From: Escherichia phage BEU35
Reading direction: 5' to 3' (one strand)
Sequence record: OM632668.1
Length of the DNA stretch: 44,569 nt
In this document: positions 19,033 to 28,244 of the stretch, one piece after another
Position numbering within the stretch: position 1 is the stretch's first letter
Layout: each line of letters begins with the position of its first letter
Notes under the pieces: generated by a model
Database searches by the model: none
What the model was told of the DNA's origin: nothing
What the model saw: only the letters and a program-made list of their open reading frames with translations
Program-made: the position numbers and the translations under genes

Positions 19033-21018
19033 ATGTCAAGCGGATGCGGTGACGTTTTAAGCCTGGCGGATTTACAAACCGCCAAGAAGCACCAGATTTT
19101 CGAGGCCGAGGTTATCACTGGCAAATCCGGCGGTGTAGCTACGGGTGCAGACATTGATTACGCAACAAATCAGGTTACCGGGCAGACGCAGAAGACGCTT
19201 CCTGCCGTGTTGCGCGACGCGTGTTTTTCTCCGGTGTCATGGGATTTCTCCACAGGCGGCACGTTAACCGTTAACGACCGGGACAAGGTGGTGTATGACC
19301 CTGTTAGCAAAACATGGTACTCGTACGCAGGTACGTTACCAGTTGTTGTCCCTGCATCGTTTAATCCAGTCGGTAACGCTAACTGGAAGCCGCAGACAGA
19401 CCCAAATTTGCGTAATGATTTGGCGTCAAGTACCGCCGGTTTGGGGGCTTCACTGGTGTCTTTTTCCAACGGTAACACCGTTGAAACATTATCTGACGCG
19501 GACGGTGCCAAGAACATAGGCAGCGGCGAAAGGAGTTTGCTTGCACGTAACAATGATATTAAGCATTCAGGAGACTTCTCTACCCTGCAAGCTGCAGTAG
19601 ATGCATCGTTACCGAAAAATGACTTACTTATTTCCCCTGGTGAATATACTGAAAAAGTTACTATTGGTAGCGCACAGTTAAAAGGCGTTGGTGGGGCTGT
19701 AGTACTAAAAACACCAGCAGACTTTACAAACACTGTTCAGGTTAATTTATCGACGCCTCATTGGCAATTCCGCCATAGTGGCGGTTTTGCTATAGATGGT
19801 TCTGGTACAACCGGGGCCGTAGGTATTAGTTTTGACCCGTCAGACCAATATTCCGGACGTCATAATTTTAGTGATTTATACATACACAACATCAACAAGG
19901 CAATTCAGAAGCCTTCCGGGAACATCGGTAATACATGGAGAAATATTGGGGTATCTACGTGTGATTGGGGGTATTACGCGATTAGTGGCTCAGAGATGCA
20001 TTGCGGGGCCGATACCCTCTACAATATCCACTTCGACGACATCTCCACCTATGCCGTCTACCTAAACGGCACTGTCGATAACGGCGGGATAGGCGGATGG
20101 TGGCTTAAAGACTCCATTATTGAGGCTTCCGGAGGCGGCGGGATATATTTAAAAAGCAAATCAGGTGACTGCCCTACATCTCCATGCGGGGTATCCAATG
20201 TATGGACGGAAGCGATTGCAACATCATCGGCTGTTCAGGTAGACGGCGTGGCGCAAAAACCGCGAGTTCTCAAGTTGGTAGACACCGCGATATTCTTTGC
20301 TGAGTATTCTTATCTCAATAACATCGAGCTATCCAACTCCAACTTAGTAACTTATGGTTGCCGTTTTGACAACGCCGATGGTAATCAGGATATTGTAGTG
20401 GATGCACAAAGCACCATTGTAGCCCACGATGTGTATTTAAACGGCAGTTCTGGAAAGGACGTTATTGTAGAGTCTGTCGCGTCGCAATCCGCAACGGTAG
20501 CCACTACAAACTTGTCTCTGCGAGGAAATTTAACAAGGGGACGAGTGTTTAATACGCCGACGGGGAATAAGTTAAAAGCTATCACATTTGACTCAGGTCG
20601 CCATAATTTTTCTGGTAGCGGTACCGTTAACGGTTCGACTGTATCTGACGGACTTCACGCCGCTACATGTACCGAATTTTCATTCCCTGGGTCCGGTTTA
20701 TATGAAATGGTAGCGTCAAGAACGACACTTACATCCGGTAGATGGTACGTGTGGGGCGTCAACTCTCGCCTCCAATCAGGAACAGCAGATGTGAGTATAA
20801 CGTCAGGTATTACTATGGGTAGCGTTTATACTAAGTCTGGTGAGTGGATTAGCACATTTGGGGTGGGTAAAGCTTCCGCTAACGGTACTGTAAGTCTGTA
20901 CGTCTCTACTGCGGGAGGTTCAGGTGCTGTTATCAGATTTAGCGACTTCTTCATCGCTGAGTTTACGACGCAGGCTCAGGCTTTAGCTTTCGCTAACTCC
21001 AGAATGTCGTTGGCTTAA
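19033..21018 (+). CDS. tailspike / receptor-binding protein, possible beta-helix depolymerase
   Basis: 661 aa, last structural gene, Gly/Asn/Ser/Thr-rich repetitive central region typical of beta-helix spikes. Confidence 0.55.
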   Translation: MSSGCGDVLSLADLQTAKKHQIFEAEVITGKSGGVATGADIDYATNQVTGQTQKTLPAVLRDACFSPVSWDFSTGGTLTVNDRDKVVYDPVSKTWYSYAGTLPVVVPASFNPVGNANWKPQTDPNLRNDLASSTAGLGASLVSFSNGNTVETLSDADGAKNIGSGERSLLARNNDIKHSGDFSTLQAAVDASLPKNDLLISPGEYTEKVTIGSAQLKGVGGAVVLKTPADFTNTVQVNLSTPHWQFRHSGGFAIDGSGTTGAVGISFDPSDQYSGRHNFSDLYIHNINKAIQKPSGNIGNTWRNIGVSTCDWGYYAISGSEMHCGADTLYNIHFDDISTYAVYLNGTVDNGGIGGWWLKDSIIEASGGGGIYLKSKSGDCPTSPCGVSNVWTEAIATSSAVQVDGVAQKPRVLKLVDTAIFFAEYSYLNNIELSNSNLVTYGCRFDNADGNQDIVVDAQSTIVAHDVYLNGSSGKDVIVESVASQSATVATTNLSLRGNLTRGRVFNTPTGNKLKAITFDSGRHNFSGSGTVNGSTVSDGLHAATCTEFSFPGSGLYEMVASRTTLTSGRWYVWGVNSRLQSGTADVSITSGITMGSVYTKSGEWISTFGVGKASANGTVSLYVSTAGGSGAVIRFSDFFIAEFTTQAQALAFANSRMSLA

Positions 21019-21023
21019 AACTA

Positions 21024-21046
21024 AGGCCCCGAAAGGGGCCTTTTCT
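21024..21046 (+). terminator. intrinsic terminator after tailspike gene
   Basis: AGGCCCC-gaaa-GGGGCCT stem-loop followed by TTTTCT. Confidence 0.6.
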
Positions 21047-21184
21047 CTACTCTTCTGATAGCTTCTCCAGTACAAACGCCAGTTGCGCATTAGCGGCGTC
21101 TCTTTGCTGGCGTAATCGTAGAACCTCTTCTTCAAGTTCCTTGATACGTTTTTGCAACGCCGGAATCGGGGCTGTGATGTTCAT
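21047..21184 (-). CDS. small coiled-coil protein (45 aa, below ORF-track cutoff)
   Basis: ATGA overlap with upstream Toprim gene stop; translation MNITAPIPALQKRIKELEEEVLRLRQQRDAANAQLAFVLEKLSEE. Confidence 0.35.
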   Translation of the reverse strand: MNITAPIPALQKRIKELEEEVLRLRQQRDAANAQLAFVLEKLSEE

Positions 21185-21696
21185 TTGACAAATTTCCTCG
21201 CAAGATACGTTATTTCTTCTTCACAAAGTTCATCAAGGTCGTTAGATACAAATCCTCTGGAGAATGTTCTGCTAAATTTTAAACCAGCTTTATCATTGTC
21301 ACCGGCGCACACCCATTCATACGGCAAAAGTGACATTTGCTGCCGTAAGTCAGCTGGTATGTTCGACCCCAATGCGCTAACTGCATTAAACCCGCAATTC
21401 ATCAAAGCAACAGCTTTAAATATGCTTTCGGTAACAAATACCACCCCGCTACTTGGCAAATACTCAAGTCCCCATAAACACGGCCTTGTTGTTCGGGTAA
21501 AGTACCGCGCGTCTTTAGGGTTTTTACAGTTCTTTTCAGCATGTGGCTTGTAATGCTGGTATCCTCGTAGCCTACCGTCAAAACCCCACAAGTAGAATGT
21601 AGCAACGCCAGGGGCTAAGACTACCTGGAGACGGTCTGCGTCAAAACCTCGTGACAGCAGATGCGCCTTAAGTAGTAACTCCTCGCCATCCATCAT
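21181..21696 (-). CDS. Toprim-domain protein (primase-like catalytic core)
   Basis: VFVTES (conserved Glu) and AGDNDKAG (DxD) motifs. Confidence 0.5.
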   Translation of the reverse strand: MMDGEELLLKAHLLSRGFDADRLQVVLAPGVATFYLWGFDGRLRGYQHYKPHAEKNCKNPKDARYFTRTTRPCLWGLEYLPSSGVVFVTESIFKAVALMNCGFNAVSALGSNIPADLRQQMSLLPYEWVCAGDNDKAGLKFSRTFSRGFVSNDLDELCEEEITYLARKFVK

Positions 21697-23117
21697 TTCT
21701 TACCTCGTCTCTTCATGTAATTAAGCAACTCTTCCTGTACCGATTTCTTCTCGTCAGTACGTGTGGCAACAACCTCGTCCAGCGTGTCTTTAGCGACGAT
21801 GTGATAGAGGAACACCGGTCGCTCGTGCCCCGCTTGTTTCTGGCGGACCGGGCCTATACGCTCAACAACCTGCAAATAGTGCTCAAGGTTCCAGCCTTGC
21901 GAGATGAACGCCAGATGATGACCCCCGTCCTGTAAATTCAAACCATGCCCGGCTGACGCAGGATGCACGCATAAAATCTCGATTTCCCCACGGTTCCACG
22001 CTTCCATCTGCTTATTACCCTTCGCACCTTTGGCAAATGCCTGGGCCTGCGGGAATCGCTTAAGGATGCGCTCCAGTTCGTGCTTGAACTGATAGGCCAC
22101 CAGTAACGGCGCGCCCTGTAACTCTTCCACAATGGACTCCAGTGCGTCCAGTTTCGTGTCGTGCACTTTCTCCCAGTCTTTGGTTGCTTCGCCGTCAGGG
22201 CCCGAAACATACACGGCACCGGAGGCAATCTGCAGACACTTCGACGTCTTCGCCGCAGCGTTAGCCGCTTCAACTTCTCCGCTTTCCAGTTCCGCGAATA
22301 GCTTCTCCTCCATATCGATGTACGCCTGACGTGCTTTCTTCGGCAGGTCGATTTCAACCGGCACGATAACAGGCGCTTCACAACCGAACCACTCGGCGGC
22401 GTCAATCGTCAGACTGATGTCCTTCATCTTCTGGTGAATCTCGTTATCTGCACCAGGGCGGGCGTGATATTCACGTGCCATCGCAGATTTTCCTTTCTGT
22501 ACCGAATTAAACCAGCGGTCGGTGAATGCTGTATACGACGAACCTAGGCGCTCGCCAGCGTCGATAAACCAGTTCTGGCCCCACAAATCCTTGAGGCCGT
22601 TTGGTGACGGTGTACCAGTCAGGTTAATAAAACGCTTAACCCTTCCGAAAGCCACTTTACTAAGCGCCTTTGCACGCTTGCTACCACCTGAACGGCTGCG
22701 GAATGATTTAAGCTTCGTGCTTTCATCGGCAACGATAACAGTAAAAGGCCAGTCATCTTTGCCATAGTAGTCAATCAGCCACTCAATAACTTCGTAGTTC
22801 GTGCAAACCACGTTAGCATCTGACTCCAGCGCCGCGATGCGGCGCTTCTCTGAACCAGTCGCATCTACAACACGCAGACATGGGAATTGCCATTTCTCTT
22901 GCTCTGCAGGCCACGTACCAGACGCAACCCGCAGCGGGGCGAGGATTAACACGCGGTCGTCATCATTAAGTTGGCCGTTTCGGAACAGTCGGTTTAATGC
23001 CCACAGTACGCTGCCAGTCTTCCCAGCGCCCATGCTTGCCCATATGTTGCAGCGATGGTGCCGCAGCATGAACGAAGTCATGAGCTTTTGGTACTCACGC
23101 CTTTGAAACTTACTCAT
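21693..23117 (-). CDS. SNF2/DEAD-like superfamily-2 helicase
   Basis: Walker A GAGKTG, DEXH-like IVADESTK, LTGTPSPN, C-terminal helicase motifs. Confidence 0.8.
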   Translation of the reverse strand: MSKFQRREYQKLMTSFMLRHHRCNIWASMGAGKTGSVLWALNRLFRNGQLNDDDRVLILAPLRVASGTWPAEQEKWQFPCLRVVDATGSEKRRIAALESDANVVCTNYEVIEWLIDYYGKDDWPFTVIVADESTKLKSFRSRSGGSKRAKALSKVAFGRVKRFINLTGTPSPNGLKDLWGQNWFIDAGERLGSSYTAFTDRWFNSVQKGKSAMAREYHARPGADNEIHQKMKDISLTIDAAEWFGCEAPVIVPVEIDLPKKARQAYIDMEEKLFAELESGEVEAANAAAKTSKCLQIASGAVYVSGPDGEATKDWEKVHDTKLDALESIVEELQGAPLLVAYQFKHELERILKRFPQAQAFAKGAKGNKQMEAWNRGEIEILCVHPASAGHGLNLQDGGHHLAFISQGWNLEHYLQVVERIGPVRQKQAGHERPVFLYHIVAKDTLDEVVATRTDEKKSVQEELLNYMKRRGKK

Positions 23118-24039
23118 TTACCGCCCCCATGAATGCCTTTATAAATTCAGCAGCTACTTGCGGGACGATGGCATTGCCGTAACCGCGCAATCGTCCCACT
23201 CTGGCGGGTATCCCATCAGCCAGCGGGAATGTGCCGGGTTCAACTGGCCTGAATTTTCCATCCCGGCATCCGAGCCAGTCTGCCTCTGACCAGAAGCCGT
23301 GATGCGGATTGGTCGCGATATTTTCAGTCCCTGCTCCGTTGAGTAGTCCAGCCTGTCGAAAGTCCGGTCCTTTCCGTCCTTGCGAATCACTGTCTCTCCG
23401 CTCCCTCTGTAATCGTTCGCGGTCGGCGTCGCCCATGCCGTCATCGCGGCGGCCCACCCCAGTTTGTTCGGTTTCGTCCTGCCGTCTGTGCTGCGCATGT
23501 TCACGTCGTTTGTTATCAGTGATACTGCTGGCGTGGGCCAATCTATGCGCGCCGAAGAAAAGTCGGTCGCGTTTGTGCGGTGCGCCGACGCTACAAGCTG
23601 GGAGTACGGCAAACCCGACGGCGTAGTTTTCTCCTTCCAGGTGAGTTTGTAAATCGCACATCCACGATTTTGCAATTGCTGGCGCAACCTGCTCCCCAAA
23701 GAGGACTGGAGGGCGGCACTCGCTGATGAGGTCGAGGAACACAGGTGCGAGGTGTCTCGGGTCGAACTGTCCGAGTTGCTTTCCCGCTGCGCTAAACGGT
23801 TGGCAAGGCGGGCTTCCCGTCCAGAGAGGCGCATCTTCCGGAACTCCCGCAAGTCTGAGCGCGAGAGGCCAGCCGCCGATACCAGCGAAAAAATGACACT
23901 GGGTGAATCCGTCGAGGTCTTCTGGCTTAACTTCAGTAATGCTTCTTTCATCTACAACTCCAAAAGGTATGTGACCCTGTTTTATTAATTCACGCAGCCA
24001 CGCGGCTGCGCCTTTATCCCATTCGTTGTAATAGTTCAT
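23110..24039 (-). CDS. DNA (cytosine-5)-methyltransferase; central target-recognition part appears to be encoded in another frame (overlapping ORF 23154..23951)
   Basis: Motif I FAGIGG, motif IV PCQPFS, motif VIII-like PHKRDRLFFG, motif X GNAIVP in this frame; GYPPEW (GFPD-like) in the overlapping frame. Confidence 0.75.
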   Translation of the reverse strand: MNYYNEWDKGAAAWLRELIKQGHIPFGVVDERSITEVKPEDLDGFTQCHFFAGIGGWPLALRLAGVPEDAPLWTGSPPCQPFSAAGKQLGQFDPRHLAPVFLDLISECRPPVLFGEQVAPAIAKSWMCDLQTHLEGENYAVGFAVLPACSVGAPHKRDRLFFGAHRLAHASSITDNKRREHAQHRRQDETEQTGVGRRDDGMGDADRERLQRERRDSDSQGRKGPDFRQAGLLNGAGTENIATNPHHGFWSEADWLGCRDGKFRPVEPGTFPLADGIPARVGRLRGYGNAIVPQVAAEFIKAFMGAVNE

Positions 24040-24227
24040 TTTGCCACCAGAACTAACTCTTTACGCCCGAACGCCGTAACGTTACCGGTTACATCTTCGA
24101 TAACCAGTTTACCGTTCGACTCGACGTACACCGTATCAACGGCAACAGGCCGACGGGTCTTAACGTTGAAAATCATGTCGCCAGGTACGATGTCACGTGC
24201 TGGTTTGCGGTCATATTCGTGTTTCAT
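24036..24227 (-). CDS. small hypothetical protein
   Basis: First gene downstream of a strong sigma70-like promoter. Confidence 0.45.
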   Translation of the reverse strand: MKHEYDRKPARDIVPGDMIFNVKTRRPVAVDTVYVESNGKLVIEDVTGNVTAFGRKELVLVAK

Positions 24228-24257
24228 TTCTCAATTCCTTATATTGTTGGTGTAGGA

Positions 24258-24545
24258 CTAACTATAATAGTTCGCTATTAGGGCGTCAACCTGTTTAAAC
24301 GAACCAACGACAAAAACATTAGCACCACGCTTACGCATCCGCTCGTGCTCCCGTAACTGGTGTGGATCCGGCTTCGTGCTTTCGTCTTTCTTTATCTCGA
24401 CGAACCAGATGACGCCGCCGGGGAGAATTACCAGCAGGTCAGGGGCGCCGGAACGTCCTTCGTAGGAAAGTTTACGAACGAGGCCACCAATGGCCTCGAA
24501 TCGGTCTTTTGCGTATTTCTGTATTTTGCCCTCAGGCGTACTCAT
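24258..24545 (-). CDS. VRR-NUC domain nuclease-like protein (start at internal ATG)
   Basis: PDLLV ... VEIKK pattern of PD-(D/E)xK VRR-NUC proteins. Confidence 0.5.
   Translation of the reverse strand: MSTPEGKIQKYAKDRFEAIGGLVRKLSYEGRSGAPDLLVILPGGVIWFVEIKKDESTKPDPHQLREHERMRKRGANVFVVGSFKQVDALIANYYS
24261..24289 (-). promoter_or_regulatory. sigma70-like promoter (TTGACG-N17-TATAGT) for the leftward operon
   Basis: Read on minus strand: ttgacg ccctaatagcgaactat tatagt. Confidence 0.5.
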
Positions 24546-24626
24546 CCACACACCCCTCACGTTTCGTATGCGCAATACCACAGCGCGGACAGATCCGGCG
24601 GTCTTCTTCGTAGAACCAGTAAATTT

Positions 24627-24758
24627 TCATTCCAGCACCCACAGATAAATTGTTACTAACATACCTAATACGGCAACCATCATGCCGTATTGACCCTCGT
24701 GACAGTAGACACCGGCGGCGAATCCCGCCAGTACCGCAATAATCAGTTTACTTGGCAT
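24627..24758 (-). CDS. small hydrophobic membrane peptide (43 aa, below ORF-track cutoff)
   Basis: Translation MPSKLIIAVLAGFAAGVYCHEGQYGMMVAVLGMLVTIYLWVLE; overlaps the 3' end of the polymerase gene. Confidence 0.3.
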   Translation of the reverse strand: MPSKLIIAVLAGFAAGVYCHEGQYGMMVAVLGMLVTIYLWVLE

Positions 24759-27000
24759 ATCGCTTCATCTCCGCACCTTCAGCTACAAGAGGGAACCCCT
24801 CCGCCCATTCCGGCAATTCGCACATCAACCGCTCAAGCTCTGCTACATTGTATTCCGGTGAATCTGGTGTCTCGCAGATAATCTCATCGTGTACGTGAAG
24901 TACAATCGGGTAGCCGTTTGCTTCTACGTTCAGCAGGGCATTAGCCAGCAAATCACGGCACAATGCCTGAGTGCAGTTTTCCACCAGTTTACCCGAGTAG
25001 GTGTACTGGAACCCCCACTGACGGGTTAGCTGATTTTCGCCCTGGTACTTAATGCGCACGTTAGTAGACACCTTCCCGTCTCCATCTGTTTCTTTCGACA
25101 CGCTCAACCCGACGCCCGGATAAGACATAACGCGACCCGACGGCAACGTCATGCGCAACCACCAACCAGCGACTTTGTTGCCGTTGTTGTCCGTTTCTAC
25201 GTTACGCGAAAACTTAACACCCCGCGGTCCCGCAGTGAACTCTTTACCTGGATTGCGGATAGCCGCCATAGCCGCGTCTTCAATATCACGCCAGAAAGCT
25301 ACTGTTTCCGGGTGTGACTCACGCCACATGCGCTTGATAGCGTCGCAGGTACGCCACACTTTCTTATCAAGAATATACGATGGTCGGTCATCCTTTTCAC
25401 CTGGCCGCGGAGGTCGCTTGGCTTCCTGAATACGTGCCCATTCATAGCCGCGTGCAGTAGCGGCCCATATATGGTTGGGGAATGTCCCGTCCATTGTTTT
25501 TGCCATATCAACCAGGTTTAAGCCGAGGTTCTTAGCAAACTGAACGAAAGCACCGACACCACCAGCATAGCCAAGGCCCAATTCACATGCTTTACCTATC
25601 TGGCGTAGGTCACTACGGCTTTCGAGAATGTAATCAGGGTCCATGCCGAACATCTTACCCGCGGTTACACAGTAAATATCCAATCCCGCACGGAAGGTAT
25701 CGAGAGCGGTTTCTTCTCCCGCCAGCCATGCCAACCCGCGACCTTCAACGTTAGAGTAATCAGCTACGACAAACTTACGCCCGGCTTCCGGTATGATGCA
25801 GCTACGCACCGTCGATGCCGTTAGCTTGGCTACATCGAAACGGCGATGCGCGCGGCCTTTAAACAACAGGTCGATTCCGTAGGACAATGGGTGTGTTACT
25901 CTCCACCAGTCCTTCTCTGACATCCAGTCATAACGTACTTTCTTCTTTTTATTCTTCGGGTCGTCATGATAGTACCCGCGCGCCAGGTTCTGTGGCTGGA
26001 AGCCTTTACCCGCGAACCGTAACGTACGCTTTGCCCCACCGTACTGGATACAACCGCGGCGTCGGTCGTCCGACGAGCGGCCTAACAGCAGCGGGTTATA
26101 TTTCGTGGACGCTGTTGACGCGGCCCCGAGGCGCATTTCGATAATCGTGCGGGCGTCGTCAGGTAAATCATCATCGGCCAGCAGGTCATTCAGCGTCGAC
26201 TTCTGTGCGTTGTGTATGCGGTGTGCGGGGGCCAGTTCACGTAGAATAGGCAGAAAGTCCTTACCGGTAAGCGAGCCGCCGTATTTACGTTGAGCTTCTT
26301 CCTGTAACTGTGCCTTGTGCTTCTCTACGGCTTCAATCGCGGCTTCCGCCAGTGCGACGTCAACCTTAAATCCGCGGTCGTTGATTAACTGGTCAAGTTC
26401 CAGTACACGGTCTTCGAACTCGGAGTTACCCCAACGCGGCAGCTTATGGAAGACTTCACGCATCGCAGTGATGTCGCTCACGGCGTACCTGATGAACATC
26501 GCCCACTCGTCAGGGTGAGTTTCTGCGGTGTAGCGGCGGATTTTGTAGTTCTTCGGCGTCGGTTTAGAGAAACGCTTAATCAGAGCCTTGCCGCGTTTAT
26601 CTTTCGCGTTGTCTGCAGACACGCCCAGCACTTCGCACAGCGCATCAAGAGAACCCGGCAGCGCGTGACGGAACGCCCAAATCATAGTATCAATGGTGTT
26701 ACTTACCGGAATATCAAAGCCCCAGCAGTGTTTCATGATTAGGCGATCGAAAAGTCCACCGTTGTGCCATACCATCTTAATGCGACTGTTTGGCTTAACC
26801 AGACGGCGTAGAGCGCGGTGTAAATCCACGGGCATATCACTGCCGTCGGTGCAATCCCATACCTGTACAGGCTCGTCGTCAAAAGCGTAGGTACAGATAA
26901 GCACTTCGGTAGTTGGATGCTCGGCGTAAGCATAGGAGCCGACTTTCTTCAAATCGGCTTCGGAGAATGTTTCAAAGTCTAAGTAAAGCAATGTGTTCAT
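24748..27000 (-). CDS. family-A DNA polymerase with N-terminal 3'-5' exonuclease domain
   Basis: Exo I LDFETFS, motif A-like DYSNVEGR, motif B-like RQIGKACELGLGYAGG, motif C HVHDEI; ATGA coupling to upstream gene. Confidence 0.85.
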   Translation of the reverse strand: MNTLLYLDFETFSEADLKKVGSYAYAEHPTTEVLICTYAFDDEPVQVWDCTDGSDMPVDLHRALRRLVKPNSRIKMVWHNGGLFDRLIMKHCWGFDIPVSNTIDTMIWAFRHALPGSLDALCEVLGVSADNAKDKRGKALIKRFSKPTPKNYKIRRYTAETHPDEWAMFIRYAVSDITAMREVFHKLPRWGNSEFEDRVLELDQLINDRGFKVDVALAEAAIEAVEKHKAQLQEEAQRKYGGSLTGKDFLPILRELAPAHRIHNAQKSTLNDLLADDDLPDDARTIIEMRLGAASTASTKYNPLLLGRSSDDRRRGCIQYGGAKRTLRFAGKGFQPQNLARGYYHDDPKNKKKKVRYDWMSEKDWWRVTHPLSYGIDLLFKGRAHRRFDVAKLTASTVRSCIIPEAGRKFVVADYSNVEGRGLAWLAGEETALDTFRAGLDIYCVTAGKMFGMDPDYILESRSDLRQIGKACELGLGYAGGVGAFVQFAKNLGLNLVDMAKTMDGTFPNHIWAATARGYEWARIQEAKRPPRPGEKDDRPSYILDKKVWRTCDAIKRMWRESHPETVAFWRDIEDAAMAAIRNPGKEFTAGPRGVKFSRNVETDNNGNKVAGWWLRMTLPSGRVMSYPGVGLSVSKETDGDGKVSTNVRIKYQGENQLTRQWGFQYTYSGKLVENCTQALCRDLLANALLNVEANGYPIVLHVHDEIICETPDSPEYNVAELERLMCELPEWAEGFPLVAEGAEMKRYAK

Positions 27001-27275
27001 AGTCTGTACCACGTCTGATAGTCTGCTTCTGTGAGATGGTCGTCGCGATCTTGTTTCTTGTTTTTACCGCGTTCTATGATTTCTGCCCAAGTCCGGTCTG
27101 GGTCTGTGTCTTCTATTAAATGTTTATGCTCCTCGCATGCATAGTGTTTATACCAGTCTCGTACACCGTAAGCTGGAGGGTATTTAGTCATCCAAATTGC
27201 TCTAACTTTTTTACCTTCTGCCTTACAAAATTTGCAGTATGTGATGCGTCTGTATCTCTTAAGTTCCGCTGCCAT
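26997..27275 (-). CDS. small Cys/His-containing hypothetical protein (possible zinc binding)
   Basis: CKFCK ... CEEHKH pattern. Confidence 0.45.
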   Translation of the reverse strand: MAAELKRYRRITYCKFCKAEGKKVRAIWMTKYPPAYGVRDWYKHYACEEHKHLIEDTDPDRTWAEIIERGKNKKQDRDDHLTEADYQTWYRL

Positions 27276-27292
27276 TATTTTCGACCCTTAGT

Positions 27293-27314
27293 AAAAAGGC
27301 CCAATGAAGGGCCT
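27293..27314 (-). terminator. intrinsic terminator on minus strand
   Basis: AGGCCC-loop-GGGCCT hairpin followed on the minus strand by TTTTT. Confidence 0.5.
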
Positions 27315-27334
27315 TAGTTAAATTGATTCAGAAA

Positions 27335-27958
27335 TTAACGGCGGCGACGTTCGCGACGCGGTGCGTCTTCTTCGTCGTCTTCCAGGTCATCGACGCTTGC
27401 AGCTACTTTAGAACCACCGAACGCTTTACCTTCGCCTACGTATTTAATCGCCAGCAGGTTAACGCCGAGGACTTTATATTTCTGGCTGAACCAGATTTCT
27501 ACGCTTACGTTAGCAACGCAGCCGCTGTAAACCTGTTCACCTTCAATCTGTTCACCGTCTACATTGAAGTCCTGCTCTACCTGAGTCTCGCCTTTTTTAG
27601 AGGTTACAATCAGCGGTTGTTTCTGTGCCTTCGCTTTGAAGTAGAAGCCTTCCGGGAAGTCTTCAAACGGATTGTCGCGCTCGGCAATGTCTTTAATCGC
27701 GCATTTATCCATGTGCTTACCTTCACCGTAGTTGGACTTCATCCATTTCTCGGCAGCGGCTGCGCCTAACGCTTCTTCAACTACAGCGTAAACGGTGTCG
27801 TAGAGTGCATCGATTTGAGCATGGTCAGACGGCAGGATGATAGTCGCGCTGTACTGGCCTTTAGTGATTGAGCCATCATCGTTTTCACGGTCTTTTTCAC
27901 GTTCAAATACGTTAACCCATGCAGTGTTTACTTTACGCAGATTCAGTTTAATACCCAT
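27335..27958 (-). CDS. putative ssDNA-binding protein (DUF2815-like), acidic stretch then basic RRERRRR tail
   Basis: Location between Cas4-like exonuclease and polymerase; DDLEDDEEDA followed by RRERRRR. Confidence 0.45.
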   Translation of the reverse strand: MGIKLNLRKVNTAWVNVFEREKDRENDDGSITKGQYSATIILPSDHAQIDALYDTVYAVVEEALGAAAAEKWMKSNYGEGKHMDKCAIKDIAERDNPFEDFPEGFYFKAKAQKQPLIVTSKKGETQVEQDFNVDGEQIEGEQVYSGCVANVSVEIWFSQKYKVLGVNLLAIKYVGEGKAFGGSKVAASVDDLEDDEEDAPRRERRRR

Positions 27959-28026
27959 CGTGATTTCTCGCTTTTCAGTTTATATTTCAAAGTTTACTCC
28001 GGGAAGCTGCCCGGCCAGTGATTAGA

Positions 28027-28055
28027 ACTATAATAGCTAACTATTCAGGTGTCAA
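28027..28055 (-). promoter_or_regulatory. sigma70-like promoter (TTGACA-N17-TATAGT)
   Basis: Read on minus strand: ttgaca cctgaatagttagctat tatagt. Confidence 0.5.
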
Positions 28056-28244
28056 ATAAAATTTTGCAATAGGGATTATGTTCTCGAAATTAAGCATATT
28101 GGCCGGTTCGAACTCATCCTCTACAGGGTAGTATCGCATCATGGTACCGTTCAAGAACGTGAACGATTCCGAGTGTAGATACCCATCCCAGTGCCATACC
28201 ATCAAAAAATCTTTATCAGTCGGCATTTCATTTACTTGAATCAT
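28041..28244 (-). CDS. small hypothetical protein
   Basis: GGAGGA RBS 6 nt upstream; ATGA overlap with the exonuclease stop. Confidence 0.4.
   Translation of the reverse strand: MIQVNEMPTDKDFLMVWHWDGYLHSESFTFLNGTMMRYYPVEDEFEPANMLNFENIIPIAKFYLTPE

Noticed and set aside
21938-22405. 155-codon same-strand alternative frame within the helicase gene
   Set aside because: Arg-rich wrong-frame translation; helicase motifs are continuous in the main frame, so no frameshift is indicated here (unlike the methyltransferase).
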